63,957 nt of DNA, filler included, from Octopus bimaculoides (GCF_001194135.2; 7 parts of 4 records of this genome joined end to end with filler, not necessarily neighbours in it), one strand, 5' to 3'; shown: positions 23,779-37,506, counted from the whole stretch's first letter. Notes: generated by a model not told the origin, from the letters alone. Translations and numbers: made by a program.

Positions 23779-24075
23779 TCATCATCATCATTGTTTAACG
23801 TCCGCTTTCCATGCTAGCATGGGTTGGACGATTTGACTGAGGACTGGTGAAACTAGATGGCTACACCAGGCTCCAATCTGATTTGGCAGAGTTTCTACAG
23901 CTGGATGCCCTTCCTAATGCCAACCACTCCGAGAGTGTAGTGAGTGCTTTTACATGCCACCAGCACGAGGACCAGTCAGGCGGTACTGGCAACGGCCATG
24001 CTCAAAATGGTGTATTTTACGTGCCACCTGCACAGGAGTCAGTCCAGTGGCACTGGCAACGACCTTGTTCGAATG
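23779..24075 (-). mobile_element. Family C repeat
   Basis: (CAT)n+GTTTAACGTCC at the left end; reverse complement of 22682-23017. Confidence 0.8.
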
Positions 24076-24119
24076 TCTTTACATATATATGTAAATGTGT
24101 ATGTATGTGTGTTTGTGTG

Positions 24120-24186
<67 letters not shown>

Positions 24187-24499
24187 ATGAATATATGTAT
24201 GTACATATGTATATGTGTATGTATATCTATATACATGTGTGTGTGTGTGTGCGTTTGTGTATACATATATATCCATACATACATACACACACATATGTAT
24301 GTATGTGTGTATGTGTGTACATAAGCACTCAATTGTCCATTCTATAAGCTTGCAAGCTGCTAGATGAAGCGTAGCCATTTTTCACTGTTGTGTCAGACGT
24401 ATAAAGTAAATTACCAACATATAGTTTAAAATTCTCTGTGTTTGAAAAGTATGTTCTAAAGAAATTAATATATAGATATTAGAAATTCTACTGAACAAA

Positions 24500-24980
24500 A
24501 ACATCAAAAGAAGATTATGAAATTACCTTATATTCAAAGGAATAGCTGAAGAGAAACAAGAGAACATATTTAAATTAAAGTATTGTAAGAAGGTATAACA
24601 TTTCTAGAACCCTCATGCTTTTACATCAACTTTAAAAAAAATCTCTTAAAAATGTGAAAATTCCTTTGTATAACTGAAAAAAAATAAGAATGGAGAAGTT
24701 ATATCGAGTGAATTGTGTATTGTGTAAATTTGTTAATCAAAAATATATCAAATATGAATACGAAAGCTACTAAAATTAAATAAATAGAAATGATTCACTA
24801 TCTTCAGTGATTGAAACTTATGATCAAATAGCAGAATGTAATAATGTTCACCTATTCTTCAAACACATGATTTAGTGAAATGTTAGAGGTTATATCTATC
24901 AAAATAAATTACCTTTCAGCTAACTGCATCAATTAGCTATACATTCGTTGCTGTACTGAACAACATGATTCACTAGATGA
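24500..24980 (+). mobile_element. Highly degraded Penelope-like element (GIY-YIG region)
   Basis: Frameshift-corrected reading gives KLPYIQGIAE.. and VI(Y)RVNCVLCK....KYI, matching the Penelope LPY-G-SE and xIY-C-C-YIG motifs. Confidence 0.45.
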
Positions 24981-26275
24981 GAGACAGTATGAAAAATTGA
25001 AAAAGCTGCAGATATGAAAAGATGGTGACTTGTATATGCTATAATCTCTTAATATAATATAAAAGAAATGAGAATTAAAAGACAGGAAAGAAATATACTG
25101 ACGTATAGAATAATGATTTCAAAAGGAATTAATGGAAGTTGAGGAAAAGTAAAGTTAGGAATCAATATAAGAAGTTGAATGAATAAATAATAAATCAGGA
25201 AATAAAAGAGGTAAAAAAAAAAAAAAAACAGATAAGAATTTGAGTGTAAATCAGCAAGAGTAAAGCATAACCGAGAAGGAAGAAAATAAATAGAATAAAA
25301 TAAGACAAAAAAAAAAAAAGGAAAAGCATTTCAGAAATCTAAGAATTACAAAGGAATGTTTCTAACGTAAGAGTGTATATTTATCAAAGATAAAGGAGAA
25401 AGACTTGAAGGCTTCAGAACATTGAGCAATATCAAACATAACAACTAAATGATTACAAAATTTACACATATGGAACCATGAAAGAATTATAATGTCTATG
25501 TGCATGTGTGTGTGTGTGTGCATGTGCATGTATGCACAAGCATGCCAAGAGAGATGTGCACAAATAATTGATTTTTTTTTTTGCAGTACAATTCTCCTTC
25601 AAGTGGCTGACTGAATGACACCTCTGACATTCTCGTACACACCATCACATCACAAAATAACAGTGTTACAGGTTGTTAATTTGCACAAACCATAGAGAAC
25701 TACACTAAATTCCTTACAGTATTCTATCGTGTCCTGTTCTGAACTCAAATTCATCTAGAGTGACTCTGCGTTTAGTGTCCTCAAGATTGATTAAACAAAT
25801 GTCAGTAATGTGGTAGGGTTTCTTCAATTAAGTACACCCTTGACTCAGTTTTAGTTCTTCCCATATCCTGCAGAGTATCAGGAAGTGGAATTACTCATCG
25901 TTCCTGTTAATGTTTGAATACTGAAGGCAAAGTTGTTGCTTTTTCTGTTCATCCTACTTCCTTTCTCAACACGAATCTGCGACCAGTTAAAGAGGGTATC
26001 AACTTAAAGTTTCAAAGTTTAGAATAGAAATCCATAAAGGCCTGTTCTAGGTGCTCTTAGCCATAGCCAACGAAACTTGTGGCTCATGGCTTACCATTAG
26101 AAGGATGTCAACACTGAAGTAATGAGTGAAGTTACCATCCACTTCCCATAATCAAATATACCACTCTGCAAAGATTCTACATCATGCATAATAAGCAAAA
26201 TTATGAAATACCCCTGAAGGATTGAAGCAAGGCAAAATATAAGGTGTTCAGAAAATTTGTTGTAAAAAATTCAGG

Positions 26276-26433
26276 CATGGCTGTGTGGTAAGAAGCTTGT
26301 TTTCCAAATACATGGTTCTGGGTTCAGTCCCAATGCATAGAACCTTTGGGCAACTGTCTTCTGCTATAGCCTCAACAGGCCAACCAAAGCCTTGTGAATT
26401 AATTTGGTAGACGGAAACTGAAAGAAGACCATC

Positions 26434-26477
<44 letters not shown>

Positions 26478-26554
26478 TGGATAATAAAACAAATGGTTTA
26501 CACCTGGTAGCTTACTGGTAAAGCATGGTCTTTCATTTGCCATATATGTATATA

Positions 26555-26600
<46 letters not shown>

Positions 26601-26810
26601 CGTTTGTCACCCCACCATCACTTGACAACCGATGTTGGTGTGTTCACGTTCCTGCAACTTAACGGTTCAGCAAAAGACACCGATAGAATAAGCACTAGGC
26701 TCACAAAGAATAAGTCCTGGAGTCGGTTTGTTCAACTAGAAAACCCTTTAAGGTGCTGCTCCAGCACGGCTGCAGTCAAATGGCTTAAACAAGTAAAAGA
26801 ATAAAAGAAT
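26276..26810 (+). mobile_element. Family B SINE with an expanded internal microsatellite
   Basis: GGCATGGCTGTGTGGTAAGAAGCTTG head, ACAAGTAAAAGAATAAAAGAATA tail. Confidence 0.85.
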
Positions 26811-27042
26811 ATAGGAAAATTTGCTGTAAGACAAATTTGCTGCATGGACAATGATAAAGAGTATCATATCAGCAATTTTTTTAAATAAAAAAAAAACCTT
26901 TTATAAAAAGTTTTTATAAAAGCATTAAATAGATAAAGTCTTTATCCAACATCAAACATTGAAAAATGTGATGAGGTCATTTAAAAGGAAATTTTTTGCA
27001 GAGAATTTTCCTGTGGCTAAAATATTTGTGGCATAATCATCA

Positions 27043-27560
27043 TCGTCATCATCGTTGTCGCTTAATGTCTGCTTTCCATGCTGGTATGGGTTGGACGGTT
27101 TGACTGGGAGAATTGGCAAGCCAGGAGGTTGCACCAAGCTCCAATCTGATTTGGCAAGGTTTCTACAGCTGGATGCTCTTCTTAACGCCAACCACTCTCA
27201 GAGTGTAGTAGGTACTTTTTACATGCCACCGGCACAGGGGCCAAAAGAGCTGGCATCAACCATGATCAGATGGTGCTTTTACGTGCCACCAGCATGGAAG
27301 CCAGTCAAAGCAGCACTCGCATCAGCCATGTTCGGGTGGTGCTTTTTACGTGCTACTGGCACCGGGGATCACAACTACAATTTCCATTTGATTTGATTTT
27401 GATATTGCTGTTGATGTACTTGACTCAATAGGGCTCTTCAAGCATGGCATGTTGCCCTGCGATCCAAGGTATTTTTGAGTGGGTTGGTTATGCAACACTG
27501 GTGTAGATTACAGCTGTGGACTCACTTTATTTGCTGGGTTATATATGCATGTAAGCTAAT
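27043..27560 (-). mobile_element. Family C repeat, long version
   Basis: (ATC)n+CTTAATGTCTGCTTTCC left end and three GTGCTTTTACGTGC subrepeats. Confidence 0.75.
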
Positions 27561-27609
27561 ACTTTCTGGGTCAAAAAAGTCTGTAAAAGTGATGTTCATT
27601 TCTGGATTT

Positions 27610-27920
27610 AACTGGCACTCCATCAGTTACGACAACAAAGGTTCCAGTTGATTCGGTCAACGGGACAGTCTGCTCATAAAATTAACATGCAAGTGGCTGA
27701 GTACTCCACAGACATGTGTACCCTTAATGTAGTTCTCAAAGAGATTCAGCATGACACAGAATGTGACAAGGTTGGCCCTTTGAAATACAGGTACGTCTCA
27801 TTTTTGCTAGAAGACTGGAGTGGAGCAATGTGAAATAAAGTGTCTTGCTCAAGGACATAACACATCACCTGGAATTGAACTCACAACCTTGTAATCATGA
27901 GCCAAATGCCCTGACCACTA
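27610..27920 (-). mobile_element. Family D SINE
   Basis: Homologous to 9675-10018. Confidence 0.75.
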
Positions 27921-28791
27921 ATCCATTTCTGGATTAATTCGGTAATGTCAAGAAGATGATAAATAGATAATCTCTTGGATGGTATGTAAGGCTATTACAA
28001 GTAGGCATTACAGGACGGTATTACAGGTAGGTTTCTACACCCTCAACTAAGGAGAGATTAATTGAATTTAGCAGTGTAAGCCAATGAAGCTCCAGTCTTC
28101 AGCTGCTTCTGTTGCTGCTTGTAACAATGTACCAAATGACCTATGATACTAAATAAATTTTAAATTAAAAGTGATTTGATTATTACAGTCAATACTATCT
28201 CATAATTAACAATAATACATTGACAATACATTTGAACGAATAGAAAGTTGGGAGTGGTCTGAAGTATAGATAGAAGATAAACACAACTTAATGGAAACAA
28301 TCGCCATTTATTGGAGTAACTAAAGTGTGTGAAACAGTAACACTTAATAGAGATACAGTTCTATATGCCCACAGGCATATGGCATAGTGGTTAAGAGCAT
28401 AGGCTACTAACCCCAAGATTCCAAGTTCAATTCCAAGCAGTGACAGGAATGATAATAATAATGATAGTAATAATAATGATAGTAATAATAATAATAATAA
28501 TAGTAGTAATAATAATAATAATGATAGTTCCCTTCGTTAGTCTCTGCATTTCTTTCTTCACAGTTAACTCAACTTTGGCATTGTTTCTTATTTCTGTGAC
28601 ATTTTTCTACTTGAAAATCCTATTCATCACATTGTTTTAATCCAGTTTCAAGTGATTCACTGAGCAATCATTCTGGGTCACTTAAAAAATAAACTCATAC
28701 TTGAAAGGTCTTTCACAAATAAACATCATCATGAAGATCTAGTAATTTTTTAACTTAGTCAATTTAGATAAGTATAACGGAATCGAAGGCT

Positions 28792-29232
28792 TGTGATACC
28801 TGTGGAGTATCTCCTTCTCCCATTACAATTATTTCTGTAGTCTTAAGGATCTGGAACACGAAGAAGAAGCTTACAAGTGGAGTGCAATTCTGTAGTTGTT
28901 TATTTTTAGCTCTCGTTCATGTGACTCACTCCCAGTGACCATCATTATGGCAGCGTGTGGTTCGTTATAGCTCTGTTCACATGAGGTTCATTACCTCTGG
29001 AGACAACAGGTGAAGTTAGAGCAGGATAAGAGTTCACTGTGAGCTGCCAGCTTTGCAGTGTTCCTCAGCGTAAGCAAGAAGGAAGAGAGAGAGAGAGAAT
29101 ATCTTAATTCTCCTGCTTAAATAGTTGTTACCAATGAGAGTCTCACTGTCGTCTAGCTTATGGCAAATGATTGCAGGTGAGATCTCACACCTGTCTCAGA
29201 CATGGTAATGGCTACCGGCGAGATCTCGTACA
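28792..29232. mobile_element. Possible solo LTR
   Basis: A ~440-bp GC-richer block starting TGTGAT and ending GTACA; no clear target-site duplication. Confidence 0.25.
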
Positions 29233-29289
29233 AAAGGGCACTAGCTTCTTGTGGCTCGCTACTCTCTTTACTCTCTTCTCTTTTACTCT

Positions 29290-29968
29290 CTTCTCTTTTA
29301 CTCTTTTACTTGTTTCAGTCATTTGACTGCGGCCATGCTGGAGCACTGCCTTTAGTCGAGCAACTCGACCCCCAGGACTTATTTTTTATAAGCCTAGTAC
29401 TTATTCTATCTGTCTCTTTTGCCGAACCGCTGAGTTACGGGGACCTAAACACACCAGCATCGGTTGTCAAGCGATGGTGGTGGTGGGGGACAAACACAGA
29501 CACGCAAACACATACACACACACACACACATATATATGTATATATNNNNNNNNNNNNNNNNNNNNNNNNNNNNNNNNNNNNNNNNNNNNNNNNNNNNNNN
29601 NNNNNNNNNNNNNNNNNNNNNNNNNNNNNNNNNNNNNNNNNNNNNNNNNNNNNNNNNNNNNNNNNNNNNNNNNNNNNNNNNNNNNNNNNNNTATATATAT
29701 ATATATATATTTCAAGGTTTTTAACTTTTAAATTTGCATATTCAAAAGAGACAGAGACTTCAAACTCAATATATCGAAGATCATCCTCTGGAAAATTATA
29801 TATATATATATACATATATGATGGGCTTCTTTCAGTTTCCGTCTACCAAATCCACTCACAAGGCTTTGGTCAGCCCGAGGCTATAGTGAAAGACACTTGC
29901 CCAAGGTGCCACACAGTGGGACTGAACCCGGAACCATGTGGTTCGTTAGCAAGCTACTTACCACACAG
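29290..29968 (-). mobile_element. Family B SINE spanning an N gap in its internal microsatellite
   Basis: Tail at about 29290 and GTGGCTGTGTGGTAAG head at about 29965. Confidence 0.8.
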
Positions 29969-30189
29969 CCACTCCTATGCTACATAAGTATTTTATTTCA
30001 AACTACAAACAGAAACAAGATATTCTTTCTAATTTTGGCACAAGGCTGCAGTGCTTAACTGGTACTTATTTTCTCAACCCTGAAAAGATGAAAATTTGAT
30101 CATAACAGAATTTGAACCCAGGCCGGGAAGTTGGTCAAAATGCCACTAAGCGTTTTGTCCAATGAGCTGGCAGTTCTACCAGCTTGCTC

Positions 30190-30870
30190 ATTAACAAAGC
30201 TGAGAAATTAAAAGTCAAATTATGCTTCAACACTGCCTTTGCAACATCTCTTGTATCAACTGTTTGATTTTGATCATTAACCATCCGTTGCCTAATTCCT
30301 GCTATAATATCAAAGTGTTCATGAATTGGTTTCATGGTCTCTGTTCTGGAATTCCACTGAGTTTCAGATTCAGATCTGACAACTATTCACTTGGCCCCTT
30401 TTAGCTTTTACAAACAAAACTGAGTGAGAAAAGAATGAATAAAGCAACTAAATTATATCAAAAAAGTTACCATAGATACATTATTGTTAACACTCCAATT
30501 TGAGTGAATGATTGTCAGAATTTACAAAAAAAAAACTATGCATAATTCTTTTCATTAATCCTCCGATGAATGCCATCTTTTATAACCAGCCATAATCACA
30601 ACATTGTCTTCTAACAGTATTTCATATTTTATAAGTTGTTTCAAAATTTCCAACTGCTTTTTGCCTCCTTTCATTTTTATTGGATTAATTCATGAAAAAA
30701 CTCTCTTATAAAATTGTTTTTTTCCTTTGAGTGAATATCAATAAAATGAACTGTTCTGGCTACTTGCTCTCAAAATTCTTGATTTGGAGTAGAATCAAAC
30801 ATGACGTCAAAGTATTTGGTCTTGTGAACAACTATTTAGTCATCATCTAAATACATTCATTGCCTAAGAT
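30190..30870 (-). pseudogene. hAT (Tip100/ZMYM1-like) transposase remnant
   Basis: Minus frames give KYFDVMFDSTPNQEF*EQV, DNVVIMAG..GIHRRINEKN, FVNSDNHSL and VRSESETQWNSR, matching the FDxTPD, DNAxxMAG, C(D/x)xHSLNL and SxTRW motifs; many stops and frameshifts. Confidence 0.75.
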
Positions 30871-30884
30871 TCTTTTCCACATTA

Positions 30885-31236
30885 CTTAGATGGCACGTCC
30901 CTGCTGGTGGCACGCAAAAAAACACCATCTGAACGTGGTCGACGCCAGACCTCCGCCTCAACTGGTTTCTGTGCTGGTGGCACATGAAAAGCATCATCCA
31001 AATGTAGCTAATGCCTGTGCCTCCTGAGTAGCTCCTGTGCTGGTGGCACATAAAAATCACCCACTACACACTCAGAGTGGTTGGTATTAGGAAGGACATC
31101 CAGCTGTAGAAACATTGCCAGATCAGACTGGAGCCTGTTGCAGCCTACTGGCTTTCCAGTCCCTAGTCAAACCGTCCAACCCATGCTAGCATGGAAAACG
31201 GACGTTAAATGATAATGATGATGATGATGATGATGA
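30885..31236 (+). mobile_element. Family C repeat ending in (GAT)n
   Basis: GCTGGTGGCAC subrepeats and GGACGTTAAAT+(GAT)n tail. Confidence 0.8.
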
Positions 31237-31561
31237 TTAATGTCTGCCAACAATTTTAAAAACCTCCATCAAAAAAAAAAAGCAATGACATTTCTCCTCC
31301 TAAGTATAGCATTCCTTGAAGCTTCCTTTAAGATTCAGGATAGGATGGGATAAAGCTTTTTCCTAAGTCATATAGACTCATAAGGTCCGGTTTCCCAGTT
31401 TCTGTGGCACATATATTCCCCACTGGACAGGATTACAGTCCATCACAGGAATACACATTTTACCAGAGCAACCCAAGATGAAATGTTTTACACAAAATTT
31501 CAATGCCATGCCTAATCCAAGAATTGAATCCACAAGCTTCAGAATGGATGGTTTTGGCTGA

Positions 31562-31893
31562 CTCTTTTATTCTTTTACTTGTTTCAGTCATTTGACTGTG
31601 GCTATGCTGGAGCACCGCCTTTAGTCGAGCAAATTGACCCCAGGACTTATTCTTTTGTAAGCCTAGTACTTATTCTATCGGTCTCTTTTGCAGTATCGCT
31701 GAGTTACAGGAACGTAAACACACCAGCATCTGTTGTCAAGCGATGTTGGGGGAACAAACACAGACACACAAACATACACACACACACACACATACACACA
31801 CACACACACACACATATATATACATATATACGACGGGCTTCTTTCAGTTTCCGTCTACCAAATCCACTCACAAGGCTTTGGTCAGCCTGAGGC
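31562..31893 (-). mobile_element. Family B SINE cut by a gap
   Basis: Near-identical to the 29290-29900 body. Confidence 0.85.
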
Positions 31894-32559
31894 NNNNNNN
31901 NNNNNNNNNNNNNNNNNNNNNNNNNNNNNNNNNNNNNNNNNNNNNNNNNNNNNNNNNNNNNNNNNNNNNNNNNNNNNNNNNNNNNNNNNNNNNNNNNNNN
32001 NNNNNNNNNNNNNNNNNNNNNNNNNNNNNNNNNNNNNNNNNNNNNNNNNNNNNNNNNNNNNNNNNNNNNNNNNNNNNNNNNNNNNNNNNNNNNNNNNNNN
32101 NNNNNNNNNNNNNNNNNNNNNNNNNNNNNNNNNNNNNNNNNNNNNNNNNNNNNNNNNNNNNNNNNNNNNNNNNNNNNNNNNNNNNNNNNNNNNNNNNNNN
32201 NNNNNNNNNNNNNNNNNNNNNNNNNNNNNNNNNNNNNNNNNNNNNNNNNNNNNNNNNNNNNNNNNNNNNNNNNNNNNNNNNNNNNNNNNNNNNNNNNNNN
32301 NNNNNNNNNNNNNNNNNNNNNNNNNNNNNNNNNNNNNNNNNNNNNNNNNNNNNNNNNNNNNNNNNNNNNNNNNNNTTTTGCTTCCAGTGAAGACTTTTGG
32401 TTCCAGTGAATATTTTAATTCAGAATTTATGAAAACAAGACATTTGTACTACAGAGCCAGAGTCGGTTTCAGCCAGGTTGGTAATGAAAGGGTTTAAAGT
32501 AATGATCCAACAGTGACAACAAACTTTAGAGTTTGAAACAAATTCTAAAGTATGAACAC

Positions 32560-34500
32560 GAAATAATCAGTAAAAGCAGATGCAGCAAAATATTTGCTCA
32601 AGTCTACTCTTCTCACTAATCATGTCTTGCAGCTGTACAACAAAGAGATGCAAATGAACACTTAGTAGATGCGACTTTTGGGGGATTATATGAATCCCAA
32701 GCATAAACCAAAGTCAGCATTAAAGAAACAGAATGAACCATATGCATGGTGAATGCAGAGACATTTATGTTATCTTTACTATGGCTTGGGGTAATAAAAT
32801 TTCAAGGTACTTGAATTGATTGACCTTTTCTAGAATTTCATCTTCAAATATGAGAGGAATTCTTCCAGAAAATGAGAAACCAGCAATTACAGTCTTACAA
32901 TCTTTGTTTTAGCAAACTGACTTTCCTACCAATATATGACATTTTAGCACTGAAGAATTCAGTAGTTGACTGAACATAACACCATTAATCACAAAATGAT
33001 TTGCAAGGTCATGGACAGTGACAATGAGATCTCATCCCAAAGTGAGACTCAGAAAATCCTCAAGAGCAAACAGTGTGATTCAGCTAATGATATAGTTGAA
33101 GAATTTTAGAGATGAAGCACAGCCTTACCAGACCCATGTAGAGTTGTAGCATCCTCCAGTTAGATTTAAAAGCTTTACAAGCAATCCATCTGCGTTCATG
33201 TTATCCCAGAATCAATGGTTGTCACAAATTTTTTTTAAATGTGTTCTGTTTAAAAGAAAATTGTTCTGAACCATTCTCAAAGTCCAAATTTAATCTCTGC
33301 TACCTTGGCTCTGCTTAAAACTACATTCATTTGGTTGAATGTCTTGGTGATGCTAGTGTTGAAATCTCTGCAATAGAATGGCATTGATTATTCTGACTGG
33401 ATTCAAACAGTTACTACAAGAACATCACCCTTCTTGAAAAAAAAAAACAGAGAACTGTATTACTTCAACTTTGTAGAAGATATTTCATGTCCTAAATACA
33501 GGTAAACATGAAATGTATCCATGGATTTAGAATAGTTTTTGAAGATCTTGCAGGCAGACCATTTTTGCACTGAACTTTGCTGTTCTACAATTTGTGAATA
33601 GTTTTTCTGCATTTCCTTCATGGTTAGTGTAGCTGACTTAAGCATGTATTCAGAATGGTGTCTGTGAAGTTCACATGAATAAGGATTGCAAAATGGTAAC
33701 ACTATTGGCTGAAATGGTTGTAGTCGACTTACAAAGTTGATACAGTTTTTATGAGTTGCGAGGACCCAATAAAAGTTGTGTGTTCTATGTTTGTAGTCAA
33801 TGCTATCAGCACAGGTAGAACAGGGCAGTTGTCTATCTTGTGAATAGATGGTAGTTAGCAACATCACTATTTTAAGCTTGATTAGACCATTCAGTTAAGT
33901 GGCAGCACCACAGATTTTGTAAACATTAGACAGACAACAACCGAAAGCTATTTTATTCTCACGAGAATATAAACATGCCATTAGCATCAAATATCTTCAC
34001 CATATCCATTTTCAAAAAGTTCTTTCAAGCCATCTTTCCTTCATTGATCAGTTTTATGTAGGAACAAATGGCCCTTTACTATTTTGAAAAAAAAAAAACT
34101 TTATCCCAATGAAATCACTTGTGTCTGGAAGGCATCTGATAAAATTGCATTTGTTGATTTGTTATCAAACTCTAAGAAACATAGACCAAATAGTCTGTGC
34201 TGTGTTTTCCTGTTTTTCAACATATAAAGTTTTATTATTTCCTATTTTTTGAAAGACACTTTCAGTTCTTGAAAGCACTTAATTCACCTTCTGATACACT
34301 GGCTGGCTGGTCTGCAATCATTTCTGATGCAGTTATAGCTGATGAAAGACTAGGTTGTTAAAGAAGATAAATCATAAAATCACTTAGCTTTTTTTATCTT
34401 TTGGTTCTTGAATTCTTCATATCTTCTTGCATTCTGTCATAGTCAGCCCCACTCATCTTCCGTTCCTTTATTGGCCAATGTTCACTTCATGGTCAAAATT
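32560..34500 (-). mobile_element. Ancient RTE-like LINE ORF2 remnant
   Basis: Minus frames give PLIFEDEILEKVNQFKYL (LExVxxFKYLG) and SLLYSCKT* (LLYGCETW), with weaker RT-like pieces upstream; heavily mutated. Confidence 0.5.
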
Positions 34501-34798
34501 TTCAAAAGAAAAGAAACAAACACACATACACGATTTTGCAATAACAGTAGTCATCCTGGTATTTTAATAAAATATTTGTATATTTTATGTCACCAATTTA
34601 AAAGCCGCAAATAGATCGAAATTTATCTTTTACTTGACTAACCAAAGTCATTAGGAAAACATACAAAGTTATAATGATTAGTTATAGCTATAGCACTTTT
34701 TAATTATCAACAGATTAACATTATAAAGAAGGTGAGGAAAAATTAAATTGGAAACAAAATATTTATAATTCAAATAAAATGGATAGTTATCATTCTAA

Positions 34799-35050
34799 GC
34801 CTTTTGATAGTAACCCCACTGAGATTTGCTCTATGATACAAACCAATTCTATTAAACAAGCCCCCTGGTTCTGTGATACAAACTTCCTTTTTTTAAAATG
34901 ATCTAAATTAAAAACTTTCCATCAAAATTTCATGTTCATTATGTTCCCAACATCAGCGTAATAGCAACAGGCATTTTACTAAATTCTTCATTATTTTCAA
35001 AATTAATTTAAACAGTAGTGTATTTCAAAGGAAATATGGTAACAAAAGAG
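34799..35050. mobile_element. Putative piggyBac-type MITE
   Basis: Ends CTAA-GCCTTTTGAT.. and ..GGTAACAAAAGAG-TAAA resemble degenerate TTAA-CCCTTT..AAAGGG-TTAA termini; a similar end lies at about 32485-32497. Confidence 0.45.
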
Positions 35051-35527
35051 TAAATTCAAGCAAAATGCAATAATTATTTTAGCTGAAGCAAAATATAAAA
35101 TTCTTTAAAGAAAAGCAAAGAATTACCATTAATTTTGAAAAACAGACTTCGGGAAACAAAAATTATTTCATGAATGTTTTTGACAGACATGATCTTAGAT
35201 TTGTGAGATATAAACATGAAATTGAAAATGTTCTTTCTGAATTTGCATATCATTTTGTGCTGGTATAAGAAGACTTTGCTCAAAGATATAGTTTTTACCA
35301 TTTAAATAATAGAGTAACAATGACAATTGCTGAAAATTGGATTTCCTTACCTCTTACTTAAAATCACATACTTAAAGGAAAAATGGCATAAAGGAGTCAT
35401 TCAGCCCTTTTTCTATCCAAGCAACAAACAACTTGTAAAATAGAACACAATGAAGCTGCACATGAGAAAATAAAAGAAATGTAGCTTGGGATGACAATCT
35501 TGCTTTCTCTCTACATACATACACACA

Positions 35528-35560
<33 letters not shown>

Positions 35561-36059
35561 GTATATATATATATATATAAGCAATGTTAATTCTCTAAAT
35601 GAAGTATTAACAGTAACTGCACGATAAAGTGTAGTATATTGCCACTTAAGTGTGGCTGACCCCTAGGGGTGGATGTTACTGTTGCTTTTAGCCCCAGGAG
35701 GACATCTCCTCCAGCTGGCTTATCGACNNNNNNNNNNNNNNNNNNNNNNNNNNNNNNNNNNNNNNNNNNNNNNNNNNNNNNNNNNNNNNNNNNNNNNNNN
35801 NNNNNNNNNNNNNNNNNNNNNNNNNNNNNNNNNNNNNNNNNNNNNNNNNNNNNNNNNNNNNNNNNNNNNNNNNNNNNNNNNNNNNNNNNNNNNNNNNNNN
35901 NNNNNNNNNNNNNNNNNNNNNNNNNNNNNNNNNNNNNNNNNNNNNNNNNNNNNNNNNNNNNNNNNNNNNNNNNNNNNNNNNNNNNNNNNNNNNNNNNNNN
36001 NNNNNNNNNNNNNNNNNNNNNNNNNNNNNNNNNNNNNNNNNNNNNNNNNNNNNNNNNNN

Positions 36060-36104
36060 TACAGCTGTTTCTGGGAAGATCCAGTACTTCACTACATCGG
36101 AGAC
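36060..36104 (-). ncRNA. Degenerate hammerhead motif of the 1355-1630 family
   Basis: GTCT-CCGATGT-AGTGAAGTACTGGATCTTCCCA-GAAAC-AGCT-GTA, truncated by a gap. Confidence 0.4.
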
Positions 36105-37144
36105 AGAAAAAATAAGGTAATCTATTATTATATCCATAGGCGGATATTTTTAGTATGAAGTGGTAAAGAGTGTGATGCGCTGAAAAAAGAGAGAACAGTA
36201 CTTGAAGTGTAGTTTCATCCCAGTAGTAAAAATCCGTGTAGAAATCCATGTAAAGTAATCCTTATGGGGATAATCCGGAAATGGATGTTGGAACGAAGGC
36301 TGATATAGCATAGATAGCAGAGGTGAATATATGTCATACTGCGATGGATTTTAGCTTGTTTACTTGAAGAATGGCCAAGTCAAGTGAAGGATGAGCGGTA
36401 ATTAGGTCAAGTCATGAAGACAGAATGTGAAAGGGGATGAGGGAGAGATAGAGGTGAAGGATGGTAGCGGTATACTTTAATGGGCAGTTGATCTTACAGG
36501 ATAGAGGGGATGAGCATATAGAGAGAATGAGGGAAGGGGGGAGATAAGGTTAAAAGGTCTAGTGGGTAGGAAGGAATGCGCCTATGTAGTATATAGGTGG
36601 CGGTTAAATCCAATACCCAATCGTCGCAAGGTATGGAAGGTTTTCGAAGGACCGGAGAGATTATGTCCGGGTGGAGAATTATACCAGATATAGTACTATA
36701 CAGAATACCGAAACGATCTTCACCTCTTACATCACACATTTCCTCTTACTTCAACGTCGAGATCGTATAATTTCCTGGGAGAGCGATAATTTTGCGGCTG
36801 AGGATAGCTTTACATTGTAGATTATACACATGTTATATTATGTTATATTATATTATATTATATTATATTATATTATTATATTGTATTATACACATGTAAA
36901 GCTTGAAACACGTGTACCGCGGAATCCTTTGTAGTTTTGTTGTTATTTTTTTGTTTTGGATTTACAATTTATATATATNNNNNNNNNNNNNNNNNNNNNN
37001 NNNNNNNNNNNNNNNNNNNNNNNNNNNNNNNNNNNNNNNNNNNNNNNNNNNNNNNNNNNNNNNNNNNNNNNNNNNNNNNNNNNNNNNNNNNNNNNNNNNN
37101 NNNNNNNNNNNNNNNNNNNNNNNNATATATATGTATATGTATAT

Positions 37145-37345
37145 ACTCTTTTACTCTTTTATTTGTTTCAGTTATGTGACTGTGGCCATGCTGGAGCACT
37201 GCCTTTAGTTGAGCAAATCGATCCCAGGACTTATTCATTGGAAGCCTAGTACTTATTCTATCGGCCTCTTCTGCCGAACCGCTAAGTTACAGGGACGTAA
37301 ACACACCAGCATCGGTTGTCAAGCGATGTTGGGGGACAAACACTG
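37145..37345 (-). mobile_element. Family B SINE 3' half
   Basis: GTTTCAGTTATGTGACTGTGGCCATGCTGGAGCAC..TTGTCAAGCGATGTTGGGG. Confidence 0.8.
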
Positions 37346-37506
37346 CCTCATCAGTGGAATATACTCAGAAAAGCACATGAATACAAATATATATATACAA
37401 CATACGATATACTTACATATACGAACGTATACATACATATACATGCACGTATGCACACCACTAGTTTAAATTGCCCACCTAAAAACTCCTCGTGCGATAT
37501 GGTCAG

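Noticed and set aside
26095-26215. Possible minus-strand exon (pyrimidine-rich CAG acceptor, GTAAGC or GTAACT donor)
   Set aside because: The only long frame stops just before the stronger donor, there is no recognisable homology and no partner exons were found.
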